A DNA stretch of 59,479 nucleotides, taken from the NCBI RefSeq assembly GCF_001194135.2, contig NC_068996.1, positions 50,903,269 to 50,962,747 of the forward strand, given 5' to 3'. The position numbers were made by a program, and so were the translations under genes. The stretch's first letter is position 1. Each line of letters opens with the position of its first letter. Source of the stretch: Octopus bimaculoides. Its lineage: Eukaryota. Positions 49,011-59,479 of this stretch are shown piece after piece. The notes under the pieces are model-generated. The model had not been told where the DNA came from. It did not search any database and worked only from the letters and a program-made list of their open reading frames with translations.

Positions 49011-49721
49011 TTGTTTTCTTAAATATATATTAAAAAATCTTTATATATTATTATAAATCTTTATATATTATTGAATAAATTTTCAAAATTTGAATATAAA
49101 ATTGATATTGGTTTATTACTGGTCTTAATAAACAATCACTGTCACTGTTGAATTGACCTGTGTAAAACTTGCTTACAAATGGCTATAATAATTGACCAAA
49201 GAGGTTCCTGGGTGAGCCTTTTAATTATCTGAAATCAGACAGTTGTTATTAATGATATCATATTAAATAGCTGCTGTTTATTTCTTTTCAAATAAATCAA
49301 CAAGTTGCAATTAAGAGATATTGTCTCAGCTTAGAACTATATTTAGTGGTGCAAGAACCATTTCATTGGCCTGTTCCCCCTCCTTGCTTGTTTATGCATA
49401 TTCTCTCTCTCTTTCTCTGTATGTTTTTTTTTCTTTAAATCTCTGTGACAGTTTATTATGCATTATACATCATCAAACTGCATGTTCAGCTCTTTAGTTT
49501 GGTTATATATTACAAAATTCCTCAGATGAAATATACGTATGCTTCTGTGTAAACAATAATATATAGAGAGTCAACATCCTTTGACAAGGTTGCAAAAGCA
49601 GTGGAAATTTTGGAAGAAAAAGATATAAATAATAAATGAGTGGAAATTGAACCAGTGAGTGTGTTAGATAATAAGGCATTAAGGGAATATGACTGTCCCC
49701 AGACATGAAATAATATATATA

Positions 49722-49864
49722 TCATCATCATCGTTGTCGTTTAACGTCCGCTTTCCATGCTAGCATGGGTTGGACGATTTGACTGAGGACTGGTGGACCA
49801 GGAGGCAACACCAGGCTCCAATCTGATTTGGCAGAGTTTCTACAGCTGGATGCCCTTCCTAACG

Positions 49865-49868
<4 letters not shown>
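49722..49868 (-). mobile_element. SINE family C, young 3' fragment
   Basis: Near-identical to 2688 and 59272. Confidence 0.9.
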
Positions 49869-49904
<36 letters not shown>

Positions 49905-49909
<5 letters not shown>

Positions 49910-50095
49910 TGCCATGTAAAAGAAGTACTGATGCTGGTGCCATGTACAAAAACACCCAGTACACTCTATAAAGTGGGTGGTGTTAGGAAGGGTATAGAAA
50001 GACAGGGAAGCTTAGTGTGGTCCCTGGTCTTACCAGCTTGGGTCAAACTGACCAACCCATGCCAGCATGGAAAACATATATTAAATGACGACACC
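49905..50095 (+). mobile_element. SINE family C, older copy, inverted relative to the previous one
   Basis: GGTGCCATGTAAAA…TTAGGAAGGG…CCAACCCATGCCAGCATGGAAAAC. Confidence 0.75.
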
Positions 50096-50552
50096 ACACA
50101 CACACATACACACACACACTGCTAAACCCAAAAGCATTAACTACGAAGGCTGAAGCATATTAATTAGTTTTGATTAGAATTAAGTTAATGCATCAGATTA
50201 ACTTTTGTTTTTTTTTTGTTTTGTTTTTGGTCCCATACACAAACCAGTTTTCAGTGTGCTGGCTTTTGTTTCGGTAGACTTTCGGGATGAAATGAATTAT
50301 GGAAGCAGATAGTTTCTCCGTAGTCTTGTTCTGCGTAATGGGATATTTATAATCTTTGCATTCATAACTAGCAGGATGTTGGTTGGCATAGTTGCACTGC
50401 CAAGATCAGTATCATCACTTAGTCAGTGGTCAGTGTTATTTATTTACTTATAACAATGATGATGATGATGATATCATCATCATCATTGCATTTCCAAATC
50501 AATACATTACACTGGATACCATGGCAGCATGTCCTCACATAGCCCCTCTCTT

Positions 50553-50652
<100 letters not shown>

Positions 50653-50989
50653 ACACACACATACTCACTCTCTCTCTTTCTCTCTATTTCCTTGGAACAT
50701 CATTATTATGCCATTTATCCTTCACTAGCTTGTAACCAATTGAAACTTACATTTGACTTATTTTACAAATATTAAGAGCTGTGGCAGTGTGGGTGGAATA
50801 GTCTAGAAGTTATTCCATTCAGTGTTGTTGTCTTGTTGTCTTGTAGACTTGTAACTTGGCGCTTGTAATAATGATTTTTCAAGATAGGTTCTTGTGGAAG
50901 GCAGTGGATATTTCTAAATTTATGACAACTCATTCATTCATATAATTAGGTAAAAGAATGAGAATAGGAATGAGAGGAAACGGATTTAT

Positions 50990-51200
50990 TGGTAAAACAT
51001 TATGCTGTCTTCACCACCACTGCTGCTACCACAATCACCATCGCTGCCACAATCATTGCTGCTGCCACCACCACAACTACCACCACCACTACCAACAACG
51101 CCACCTCTACCACAACCCTCACCGCCACCACCAGCAACAATGCTACTCTATTACCACCACCACCACCACCACCACCACCACCACCACCACCCATTCTCAC
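50990..51200. repeat. (CAC/CAA)n degenerate trinucleotide tract
   Basis: Direct reading. Confidence 0.9.
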
Positions 51201-51276
51201 ATCACTGACACGATTGTTCCATCCTCCCACCACGACCAACTTAAACAACCATTATAGTTTAATTCTCCCCCTCCAT

Positions 51277-51318
<42 letters not shown>

Positions 51319-51554
51319 CCCAGATTTATAATCGACCATCATAAAAAAGTGAAGGACACATTGGGTAATGTAACTGTAGATGTACGTCTGTTTTGAAAAA
51401 AAATGGAACTGTCATGGTTGGAATGTCTTTGATCAGTGAGATGCTCAATCAAAGCTGACATGAGGTGGGTTTATTGGTGGTGGTAGGGGCTAAACAACAC
51501 TGTCATTATTATTATAAACATTAATTACTATCTTGGTCTTCCACTGGGCTCTAT

Positions 51555-51780
51555 GTGGTCAAGAGGCTTGCTTCCCAACCATGTGGTCTTGGGTTCAGTC
51601 CTACTGCGTGGCACCTTGGGCAAGTGTCTCCTATTATAGCCCCATGCCAGCCAAAGCCTTGTGAGTGGATTCAGTAGACAGTCCCACTGCGTGGCACCTT
51701 GGGCAAGTGTCTTCTACTGTAGCCCCCATGCCAACCAAAGCCTTGTGAGCAGATTTGGCAGACAAAACCTGAGAGAAGGC
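51555..51780 (+). mobile_element. SINE family A 5' half with internal ~84-bp tandem duplication of the core
   Basis: CAGTCCYACTGCGTGGCACCTTGGGCAAGTGTC occurs at about 51596 and 51680. Confidence 0.85.
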
Positions 51781-51785
51781 TTTTG

Positions 51786-51860
51786 TCATCATCATCATCA
51801 TCATCATCATCATTATCATCGTTTAACATCCGCTTTCCATGCTAGCATGGGTTGGACTAG
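51786..51860 (-). mobile_element. SINE family C extreme 3' end
   Basis: (CAT)n CGTTTAACATCCGCTTTCCATGCTAGCATGGGTTG. Confidence 0.8.
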
Positions 51861-52393
51861 CTAGCATGGGTTGTGTTTATATGTAGGTATCTTTGTATCA
51901 TTCCACCCAGACCATCTAGTGTTTATGGGAGGTACAAAGGACATTTTCTAATGAGTATTTTACTTTCCTAAGACTGTAATTCTATGGTTTTGCAGAAAAT
52001 GTTGTAGCTGCTTCTAACAGGTCAAGCAATCACACAATAATGTTGTGTGTGGTGGCAATGACGATGACAATAAGGGAGCAAAGACTGCAGTCATGCTGGG
52101 GCACCACCTTCAAGGGTTTAGTCAAACAAACCATCCTCAATCCTTTTGTTTTCTTTAAAGTCTGGGACTTCTATCAGTCTCTCTATCAAACTATTAAGTT
52201 AAAAGGGAATTAACAAACCAAAACCGATGGTCAAGTGTGGAAGGGAATAAATCAAAGATGACCTGGGGCTAAAAAGCAGCAATATTATTGTTGTCATCAC
52301 CATCATTGTAGTTGCTAACGTCATTGTTGATGCCATCAGCATAACCGTTTAATATTCAGATTACCCTATCAAATCTAAAGCTTATTTATTCAC

Positions 52394-52602
52394 AGAAGCA
52401 AAATTGGCAAATTTGCAGAATCGTTAGCGCTCCTGATAAAATGCTAATTGGCATTTCATTCATCTTCACATTCTGAGTTCAAATTCTGCCGAGGTCACTT
52501 GACCTTTCACCTTTGGGGTATCTGTGAAATAAGTATCATTTGATCATTGGGGGTTGAGGTAATTGACTAACTCCTCCCTTGCCACCAAATTTGGTAGAAA
52601 TA
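52394..52602 (+). mobile_element. SINE family B nested in MITE 2
   Basis: ATTCACA at 52387-93 and 52603-09 (probable TSD). Confidence 0.75.
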
Positions 52603-52754
52603 ATTCACATTTAAAAAAAAAATAATTCATGCATTGTCTCCTGATATGATTGTTTATTTTTAGAATGACATTGTACGATAGGTATGAGAGGTAGGATCTG
52701 ACTGATTTGAATATAAAAACAGGTAGAATATTTGGATCAGATATGGTTGTTTAA

Positions 52755-52970
52755 CCCTTTCATTACCAACCTGGCTGAAACTGGCTCTGTAGTACAAATG
52801 TTTTGTTTTTATAAGTTTTGAATTAAAATCTTCCACCAAACCTTAGTCACAATTTATGTTCCTAACACTAGCTTAACGATAACTAAGTTATTTTACTAAA
52901 TTCTTTGTTATATTTAAAATTAATTGAAACAAACACAGAGCATCTCAACAGAAATATGGTAAAGAAAAGG
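52755..52970 (-). mobile_element. piggyBac-type MITE family 1
   Basis: TTAA|CCCTTT…AAAGG|TTAA; reverse complement of the 58062 and 58314 copies. Confidence 0.85.
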
Positions 52971-53229
52971 TTAAATTCTGGTTAAAATTGTTGATCTGTT
53001 TATTCTGTTGGTTGTTAGTCATTATAGTTTCTATCTTCATCACCTTCTGTTCTGATATTATCTTAGTCATTAACAATTGCCATTACTGTTTTTTCCCCCA
53101 CATTTGGCTTCACGACCCACCTCCATTCATTGCTAGCATTGTTGATTGTCTTTACTGCAATGGTTATTTTTTGTTAGCTTTGCATTTCTCTTGTCAATGA
53201 CATATAGAGTCATTACCAGAATGTCATTG

Positions 53230-53680
53230 CCACTATGAATATCATTATCATTGTCCTTTCCTCTGTTATTACTATTGTCATTGTCTCCTGTTATTGTCAT
53301 TGACTTTGCTGTTATTACTGATGTTGTTATTACTGATGTTATTGCCATCATTACCAATGTTATCGTCATTACCAATGTTGCCATCATTACCACTGATGCT
53401 GTCAATGTTATTGTCAATATCATTGTCATCATTGTTCTTACATTAACAATCCAAATGGCATCACTGTCATCACTAGCCTCCTCCCCATCATTGCACCTGC
53501 CATAATTTCCATTGCCATTATCAGTTATCATTCCATCAACCATTACCACTGCCACCACGTTCTTCATTATAATCTCTTGGTAGTCATCCATCATCATCAT
53601 CGTCATCATGTTTTTCTCAACATTCATCATCACTACCATCATAATAACCTTCCTTCTTTTCCACTTCCTCCTCCTCCTCG
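53230..53680. repeat. Degenerate (ATC/ATT/GTC)n trinucleotide tract
   Basis: Direct reading; explains the 214-aa low-complexity minus ORF. Confidence 0.85.
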
Positions 53681-53857
53681 TCTTATCTACACAATCAGTT
53701 AAATTATTTATGCTCCCTGATGAAAACTTCAGTAGGATCAGAATAAGCTTTATGTACTTACAATTTATAGAGTTCATATATTTAGAAAAAAAAAATTATT
53801 AAAAAAAAAAAATTCAAAAGAATTTCTTTTTCTCTCTTTTGACAAACATTATGTTAG

Positions 53858-54181
53858 GTGTTGGCATGGCTATGTGGTTAAGACGGTCGTTTTGCAACCA
53901 TTTGGTTTCAAGTTCAGTCCCACTGCTTGGCATCTTGGGCAAGTGTATTCTACCATAGCCTTGGGTCAACCAGTGGGAACCTGTTGTGTGTCTTTGAATC
54001 TGTGTTTGTTCTCTCCCCAGTTCGATGAGTCGTGTTGGTTTGGTTGTGTTCCCTTAACTTAACAGTTTGACAAAAGAAGATTGATAGAATACATATATTA
54101 AAAAAAAGTGAATACCAGTATCTTCAGTGTGGTGCCCCAGTATGACCACAGTCCAATGATAGATGCAAGTAAATGATTAAA
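53858..54181 (+). mobile_element. SINE family A
   Basis: Head, CTTGGGCAAGT core and tail. Confidence 0.8.
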
Positions 54182-54197
54182 GATTTTTGTCTTCAAT

Positions 54198-54380
54198 GTT
54201 ATCTTTTACTTGTCTCAGTCATTGGACTGTGGCCTTGCTGGAGCACCACCTTGAAGGGTTTTTATTTGAATGAATCAACCCCAGTACTTATTTTTTAATC
54301 TCTTTTGTCGAACTGCTAAGTTACAGGAATGCAAACGTACCAACACTGGTTGTCAAGTTGTGGTGGAAAGACAAAGAAAG
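54198..54380 (-). mobile_element. SINE family A 3' half, tail-to-tail with the previous copy
   Basis: Reverse complement of the tail region. Confidence 0.8.
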
Positions 54381-54402
54381 AAACACACACACATGTATAT
54401 AA

Positions 54403-54458
<56 letters not shown>

Positions 54459-55104
54459 NNNNNNNNNNNNNNNNNNNNNNNNNNNNNNNNNNNNNNNNNN
54501 NNNNNNNNNNNNNNNNNNNNNNNNNNNNNNNNNNNNNNNNNNNNNNNNNNNNNNNNNNNNNNNNNNNNNNNNNNNNNNNNNNNNNNNNNNNNNNNNNNNN
54601 NNNNNNNNNNNNNNNNNNNNNNNNNNNNNNNNNNNNNNNNNNNNNNNNNNNNNNNNNNNNNNNNNNNNNNNNNNNNNNNNNNNNNNNNNNNNNNNNNNNN
54701 NNNNNNNNNNNNNNNNNATGCACTTAAAAAAAAAAAAAAAACTTTTGATGGCTATCATAAAACAGGGCAATTCATATTCTATTAATAATAATCTACTGTT
54801 TGATGCCAATCCTGTGGAGCAATCATATCTGCTGCGCAAAAGAATGGGGAGGAGGAGAAAAAGTGAAAAGCTATATTTTCAAATGTGACATTTGGAGAAG
54901 GCAGTCTGACAAAACAGCTTTATGGTGTTTAGTCTGAGGTTAGTACTGACCAGTCAAGCAGACTTATTGATAATCGCTAGTGCTCCAGTGATTACATTAT
55001 CCAATGTGTGGCGTTCTTTCTTTTTTGTAAGAGGGTAAAGTGTGTTTTTTTTTTTAGGATAATCTGGTTATTTCTAGCAAATGGAACAACCATGTAGTAG
55101 GTCA

Positions 55105-55500
55105 CAGAGTATTGGGTGTGGCTGTGTGGTAAGAAGTTTGCTTCTCAATCTTCCGGCCTGCTGCATGACACCTTGGGCAAGTATCTTCTATAGCCTTGGG
55201 CTGACCAAAGCCTTGTGAGTGGATTTGGTAGATGGAAACTAAATGAAGCCCAGTGTGTGTGTGTGCAAGTATGTGTATATCTGTGTATCTGTGTATCTGT
55301 GTTTGTTTTCCCACCACTTGACAACTGGTGTTGGTATGTTTATGTCCCTGTAACTTAGCAGTTTAGCATAAGCAATCGATAGAACACATACCAAGCTTTA
55401 AAAGGGCAGTAGTGGGGTTGGTTCATTTAACTAAATCCCTTCAAGGCAGTGCACCAGCATGGCCACGGTCAAATGACTGGAACAGAAAGACAAAGCAGTA
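55105..55500 (+). mobile_element. SINE family A
   Basis: Full motif set. Confidence 0.85.
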
Positions 55501-55964
55501 AGATAAAACTAAATATATTTGTTTCTTGTTGTTCTAAGTTTCAATCCCACCTGGGTTAATTTTAATATTTCATCATTTTGGCTGTTGAAGAGCTAAGTAC
55601 CAGTCAAGTGCAGGAGAAGTCTGTACTAACCAATTATATCCAACCACTTACAAAGCAGGCAGGAAAAACAAATGGGCCCTGTGCTTAAGTAATATAGCTA
55701 TAGTTCTATAGTTTCTATTGATGAGTAAAGAATATTGAGGAAGCTCCTTTTTGTAAATTGCCCTCCTCCCTACACACACGTTGCCACAGAGAATCTTTGT
55801 TTAGTTTTATTTCTCATTTGTGTGTGAACCTGTGTATGTGTGTTCATGTATGCATATATTGATATAGTCTGAGTTTGGAAAGTGGTAAAGGAGACAAAAA
55901 GTGTTACTTGATGTACTGTTTCATGTTTGTTTTACATTCTGTGTATGTGTGTGAGTGTGTGTTA

Positions 55965-56112
55965 AGATTCCTGACCACATAGTTCTTGATTCAGTTCCAC
56001 TGCATGGTGCCTTGGACCAAGTGTTTTCCCCTATATCCTTGGGGTGACCAAAGCTTTGTCGGTGGATTTAGTAGATGAAAACTGAAAGAAGTTTGTTACA
56101 TGTGTGTGGTGT

Positions 56113-56152
<40 letters not shown>

Positions 56153-56900
56153 TTATGTCTGTGTTTCTCCCTCACTACCGCTTAACAACCAATCTTGGTA
56201 TGTTTGCATTCTTCGTAACTTAGAAGTTCAGCCAAAGAAACCAACAGAATAAGTTCCAGGCTTAAAAAAAAAAAAGTCCTAGGGTCAATTCATTTGACTA
56301 AAAACTCTTCAAGGCATTGCCCCAGCATGGCTGCTCTCCAATGACTGAAACCAGCAAAAGGTACAAGAATGATATATATAGCTGTGTGGCTAAGAAGTTT
56401 GCTTCACAGCCACATGGCTTCAGGTTCAGTTTTACTGCATGGCATCATGGACATGTGTCACCTATTATAACCCCCAGGCCAACCGAAGTCTTAGGCTGAC
56501 AGAAACTGTGAGAAGCCTGTCATTACGCCACTAAATTGAATGTTATCAAAAAGGCGTCAAAATTGTGATGATACCATGTTGACAACTGATAAGGAGTGAG
56601 CATTGTCCACATCCTTTTTGTGTTTTTTTAAAAAATTTTCTGTATGTTCCTTTGATGTCTCCTTGTACTAGAGTTCGCTTTGTATGTATGTGCGTGCGTA
56701 CATGTGTGCGCATGCACTCGTGTGTGTTTATTTAACCACCACTACCACAACCGTTTGACAACCGATTTGTTTACCTTCCCTTAACTTAGTGGTTCAGCAA
56801 AAGTAAGCAACAGAATAAGTATAAAACTTTAAAAAAAACAGTAACCTATGGGGACCAGTTTATTTAACTAATCCTACAAAGGTGATGCTGTAACATGGCC
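55965..56900 (+). mobile_element. Cluster of co-oriented family-A SINEs (55965-56360, 56375-56520, 56735-56900)
   Basis: Repeated heads, cores and tails. Confidence 0.75.
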
Positions 56901-57520
56901 ATGTATATTCAAACCTAATGATTCACACTATTGCAATTTTGTTTCTTGTGTGTATGAATGCCCATTGGAATGTATGCACAGAAGAAACTCAGAGTAGCAA
57001 CCGTTGTGAATCGACTTTGGATAAATACAACCTGAATACATTTTCTCCTGTTTGCATTTGGTATTTTAAGGCACACACCACAATTACAATTGTGGTGATA
57101 ATGATGATGTTGGTTTTACGGATATGTAGGACCCTACATTTTCTTTCATCAAAGTGTTGTGTTGCCATCTCATCTCATGAGATAAAATAAGATAATTATG
57201 ATAATAGTTTTATATATATATATATATATATATNNNNNNNNNNNNNNNNNNNNNNNNNNNNNNNNNNNNNNNNNNNNNNNNNNNNNNNNNNNNNNNNNNN
57301 NNNNNNNNNNNNNNNNNNNNNNNNNNNNNNNNNNNNNNNNNNNNNNNNNNNNNNNNNNNNNNNNATCTACTTATCTATATCATATTTTCAGTTGGTGAAA
57401 ATGTTATTTTCTGTGATAAGTTACCATGCTCTCTACACTTGAAATTTGTTAGATAAGTGTTTTAAATATTTGTCATAACATTTCAATATCCTTCCTCTAT
57501 AATAGTAATAATAATAATTA

Positions 57521-57579
<59 letters not shown>

Positions 57580-57605
57580 TTGGAGCTGAAAATGTATGTG
57601 TTTTG

Positions 57606-57950
57606 GTGCTGGCATGGCCATGTAGCTAGAAGTTTGTTTCTCAACCAAGTGGCTTCAGTTTCCATTCCACTGCCTGACACCTTGGGCAAGTGTCTTCTAC
57701 CATAGCTCGTGTAGGCTGAAGGCTATAGTAGAAGCCTTGTGAGTGGATTTGGTAGAGAGAAACTGAGAAGCCCATTGTGAGTGTGTATGTATGTGTGCAT
57801 GTGTTTTTGTGTATGCCTCCCCACCATTCACCACCACTGCTTGACAAAAATAAGACCAGGCTTAAAAACAAAGTTTTGGGGGTCAATTTGTTCAACTAAA
57901 CTCTTTGAGGTGATGCCTCAGCATGACCCCACTGAATCGAGTAAAAGGTA
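57606..57950 (+). mobile_element. SINE family A
   Basis: Head, CCTTGGGCAAGT core and tail. Confidence 0.8.
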
Positions 57951-58061
57951 CAATACATAAGGAATTCAGTAAAACAAAGAAAGAAAATGAAAGAGAAATC
58001 AAAATTTTCAAAATTCTTTTCAAACGCGATTTTTTATTATTTGTTTATGAATGCCTCTTAA

Positions 58062-58282
58062 CCCTTTTGTTAGCATATTTCTGTTGAGATGCTCTGTGTT
58101 TCTTTCAATTACTTTAAATATATCAAAGAATTTAGTAGAATAACTTAGTTACCATTAACCTAGTGTTAGGAACATAAATTGTGATTAGGGTTTGATGGAA
58201 GATTTTAATTCAGAACTTTTGAAAACAAGACATTTGCACTACAGAGCCAGGGGCAGTTTCAACCAGGTTGGTAATGAAAGGG
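58062..58282 (+). mobile_element. piggyBac-type MITE family 1
   Basis: TTAA|CCCTTT…AAAGGG|TTAA. Confidence 0.9.
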
Positions 58283-58313
58283 TTAAGAATTGTTTCTCTA
58301 TTACATATTTTAA

Positions 58314-58535
58314 CCCTTTTGTTACCATATTTCTGTTGAGATGCTCTGTGTTTCTTTCTATTAATTTTAAATATAACAAAGAACTTAGTAAAATAACTTA
58401 GTTATCATTCAGCTAGTGTTAGGAACATAAATTGTGACTAAGGTTTGGTGGAAGATTTTAATTCAGAACTTATAAAAACAAGACATTTGTACTACAGAGC
58501 CAGAGGTGGTTTCAGCCGGGTTGGTAACAAAAGGA
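58314..58535 (+). mobile_element. piggyBac-type MITE family 1, second copy
   Basis: TTAA|CCCTTTT…AAAAGGA|TTAA. Confidence 0.9.
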
Positions 58536-58601
58536 TTAATAGAAGTTTTAATTGGAAATTTAGGTTACATTTGTTTCTCGCGCTTTTATGTTGCTGTTTG
58601 T

Positions 58602-59010
58602 CATTACCTCCACCAAGGAAGGAGGTTATGTTTTCATCGGCGTTGGTTTGTCCATCTGTCCGTTTGTGTGCAAAATAACTCAAAAAGATGTGATCGATAT
58701 TTGATAAAACTTGCAGGAAAAGTTGGTAATGACACAAGGAACAGATGATGAAATTTTGGTAGTGGTCCATGAATTTTTATGTATTCTTGAAGGATTTTTC
58801 ATTTGTTATATTTACTTTACATGAAGTATTACAATGTTACATTCTTTGATTATCTCCTATGAAAACACGTTCATCATTTCCACATAACCTATGGTGGCAT
58901 TGCTGTTTCTAAAGTTTATTTTCGCTTCTCTATTAGCGATTTTACTCACATATCTATCTTAAAATGAGCTGCTTGGCAGAGGTCTGCGCTCTCCAAGTTC
59001 TTTTCTAGTT
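58602..59010 (+). mobile_element. DINE-1/HINE-like non-autonomous Helentron (Helitron-related) element
   Basis: 5' ATTACCTCCACCAAGG…GGTTATGTTTTC, GTCC/TCTG short repeats, subterminal IRs ACCTCCACCAAG / CTTGGCAGAGGT, decayed 3' hairpin region GCGCTCTCCAAGTTC, end CTAGTT. Confidence 0.75.
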
Positions 59011-59119
59011 TGCTATAGTTGTAGGTTATTTAATTAGGATTAATTAAATTGTCCAAGTTCCATTCTGATTTTTCAAACTCTAAGTAAACTTAGCTTTTCC
59101 TCTTTCAGAGTTTGATTAA

Positions 59120-59271
59120 CCCTTTAGCACTTAAACCTGCCATATTCGGCCCTACCTGTTTTATGTTCAAACTGGCCAAATCTGGTCTCTCGCCTATACC
59201 TAACAATGTCATTCAAAACATAAGCAATCACATCATTGAAATCTCAAAAACTAAAAGATAAGGCATGATTA
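59120..59271 (-). mobile_element. piggyBac-type MITE family 2 end, interrupted by SINE C
   Basis: TTAA|CCCTTTAGCA terminus; reverse complement of the 52640-52750 blocks. Confidence 0.75.
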
Positions 59272-59479
59272 TCATCATCATCGTTTAACGTCCGCTTTCC
59301 ATGCTAGCATGGGTTGGATGATTTGACTGAGGACTGGTGAAACCGGATGGCAACACCAGGCTCCAGTCTAATTTGGCAGAGTTTCTACAGCTGGATGCCC
59401 TTCCTAACGCCAACCACTCAGAGAGTGTAGTGGGTGCTTTTACGTGTCACCCGCACGAAAACGGCCACGCTCGAAATGG
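59272..59479 (-). mobile_element. SINE family C, young copy running off the window end
   Basis: About 3 differences over ~135 nt versus the 2688 copy; CpGs intact. Confidence 0.9.

Larger units (their letters stand above)
52342..52985. mobile_element. piggyBac-type MITE family 2 carrying two nested insertions
   Basis: Family-2 blocks interrupted at 52394-52602 and 52755-52970. Confidence 0.7.

Noticed and set aside
53133-53777. 214-aa minus-strand ORF
   Set aside because: Degenerate trinucleotide repeat translating to low-complexity M/T/V/D.

Overview
AT-rich, microsatellite-saturated animal genomic DNA from a gapped short-read assembly (9 N-runs). The SINE and MITE repertoire is what I recognise from Octopus; the genus is inferred, not database-checked. 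The window is almost entirely intron or intergenic. One internal coding exon is well supported (+ strand 5122-5605, 161 codons, S/N/Q/E-rich and probably disordered, gene not recognised). There is a plausible promoter with a short first exon (GC box, Inr, ATGATGAAT|gtaagt) at about 43960-44383. The rest is transposon debris: at least five tRNA-derived or related SINE families in both orientations, decayed RTE, CR1 and Tx1 LINEs, two Penelope-like GIY-YIG remnants, hAT, Tigger and piggyBac-type MITEs, and a DINE-1/Helentron-like element. Nearly all ORFs in the supplied track are microsatellite or N-gap artefacts. I found no convincing new protein-coding system. The best leads are structural: a ~295-bp imperfect palindrome 1.5 kb downstream of the exon, two inverted and near-identical 93-bp SINE-tail tandem arrays 41 kb apart, tail-to-tail SINE hairpins (candidate ADAR substrates), a cluster of CAG|GTA sites upstream of the exon, and a decayed hammerhead-like core at a Penelope terminus. 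SINE and LINE boundaries are approximate (about +/-10-20 bp) unless a TSD is quoted.
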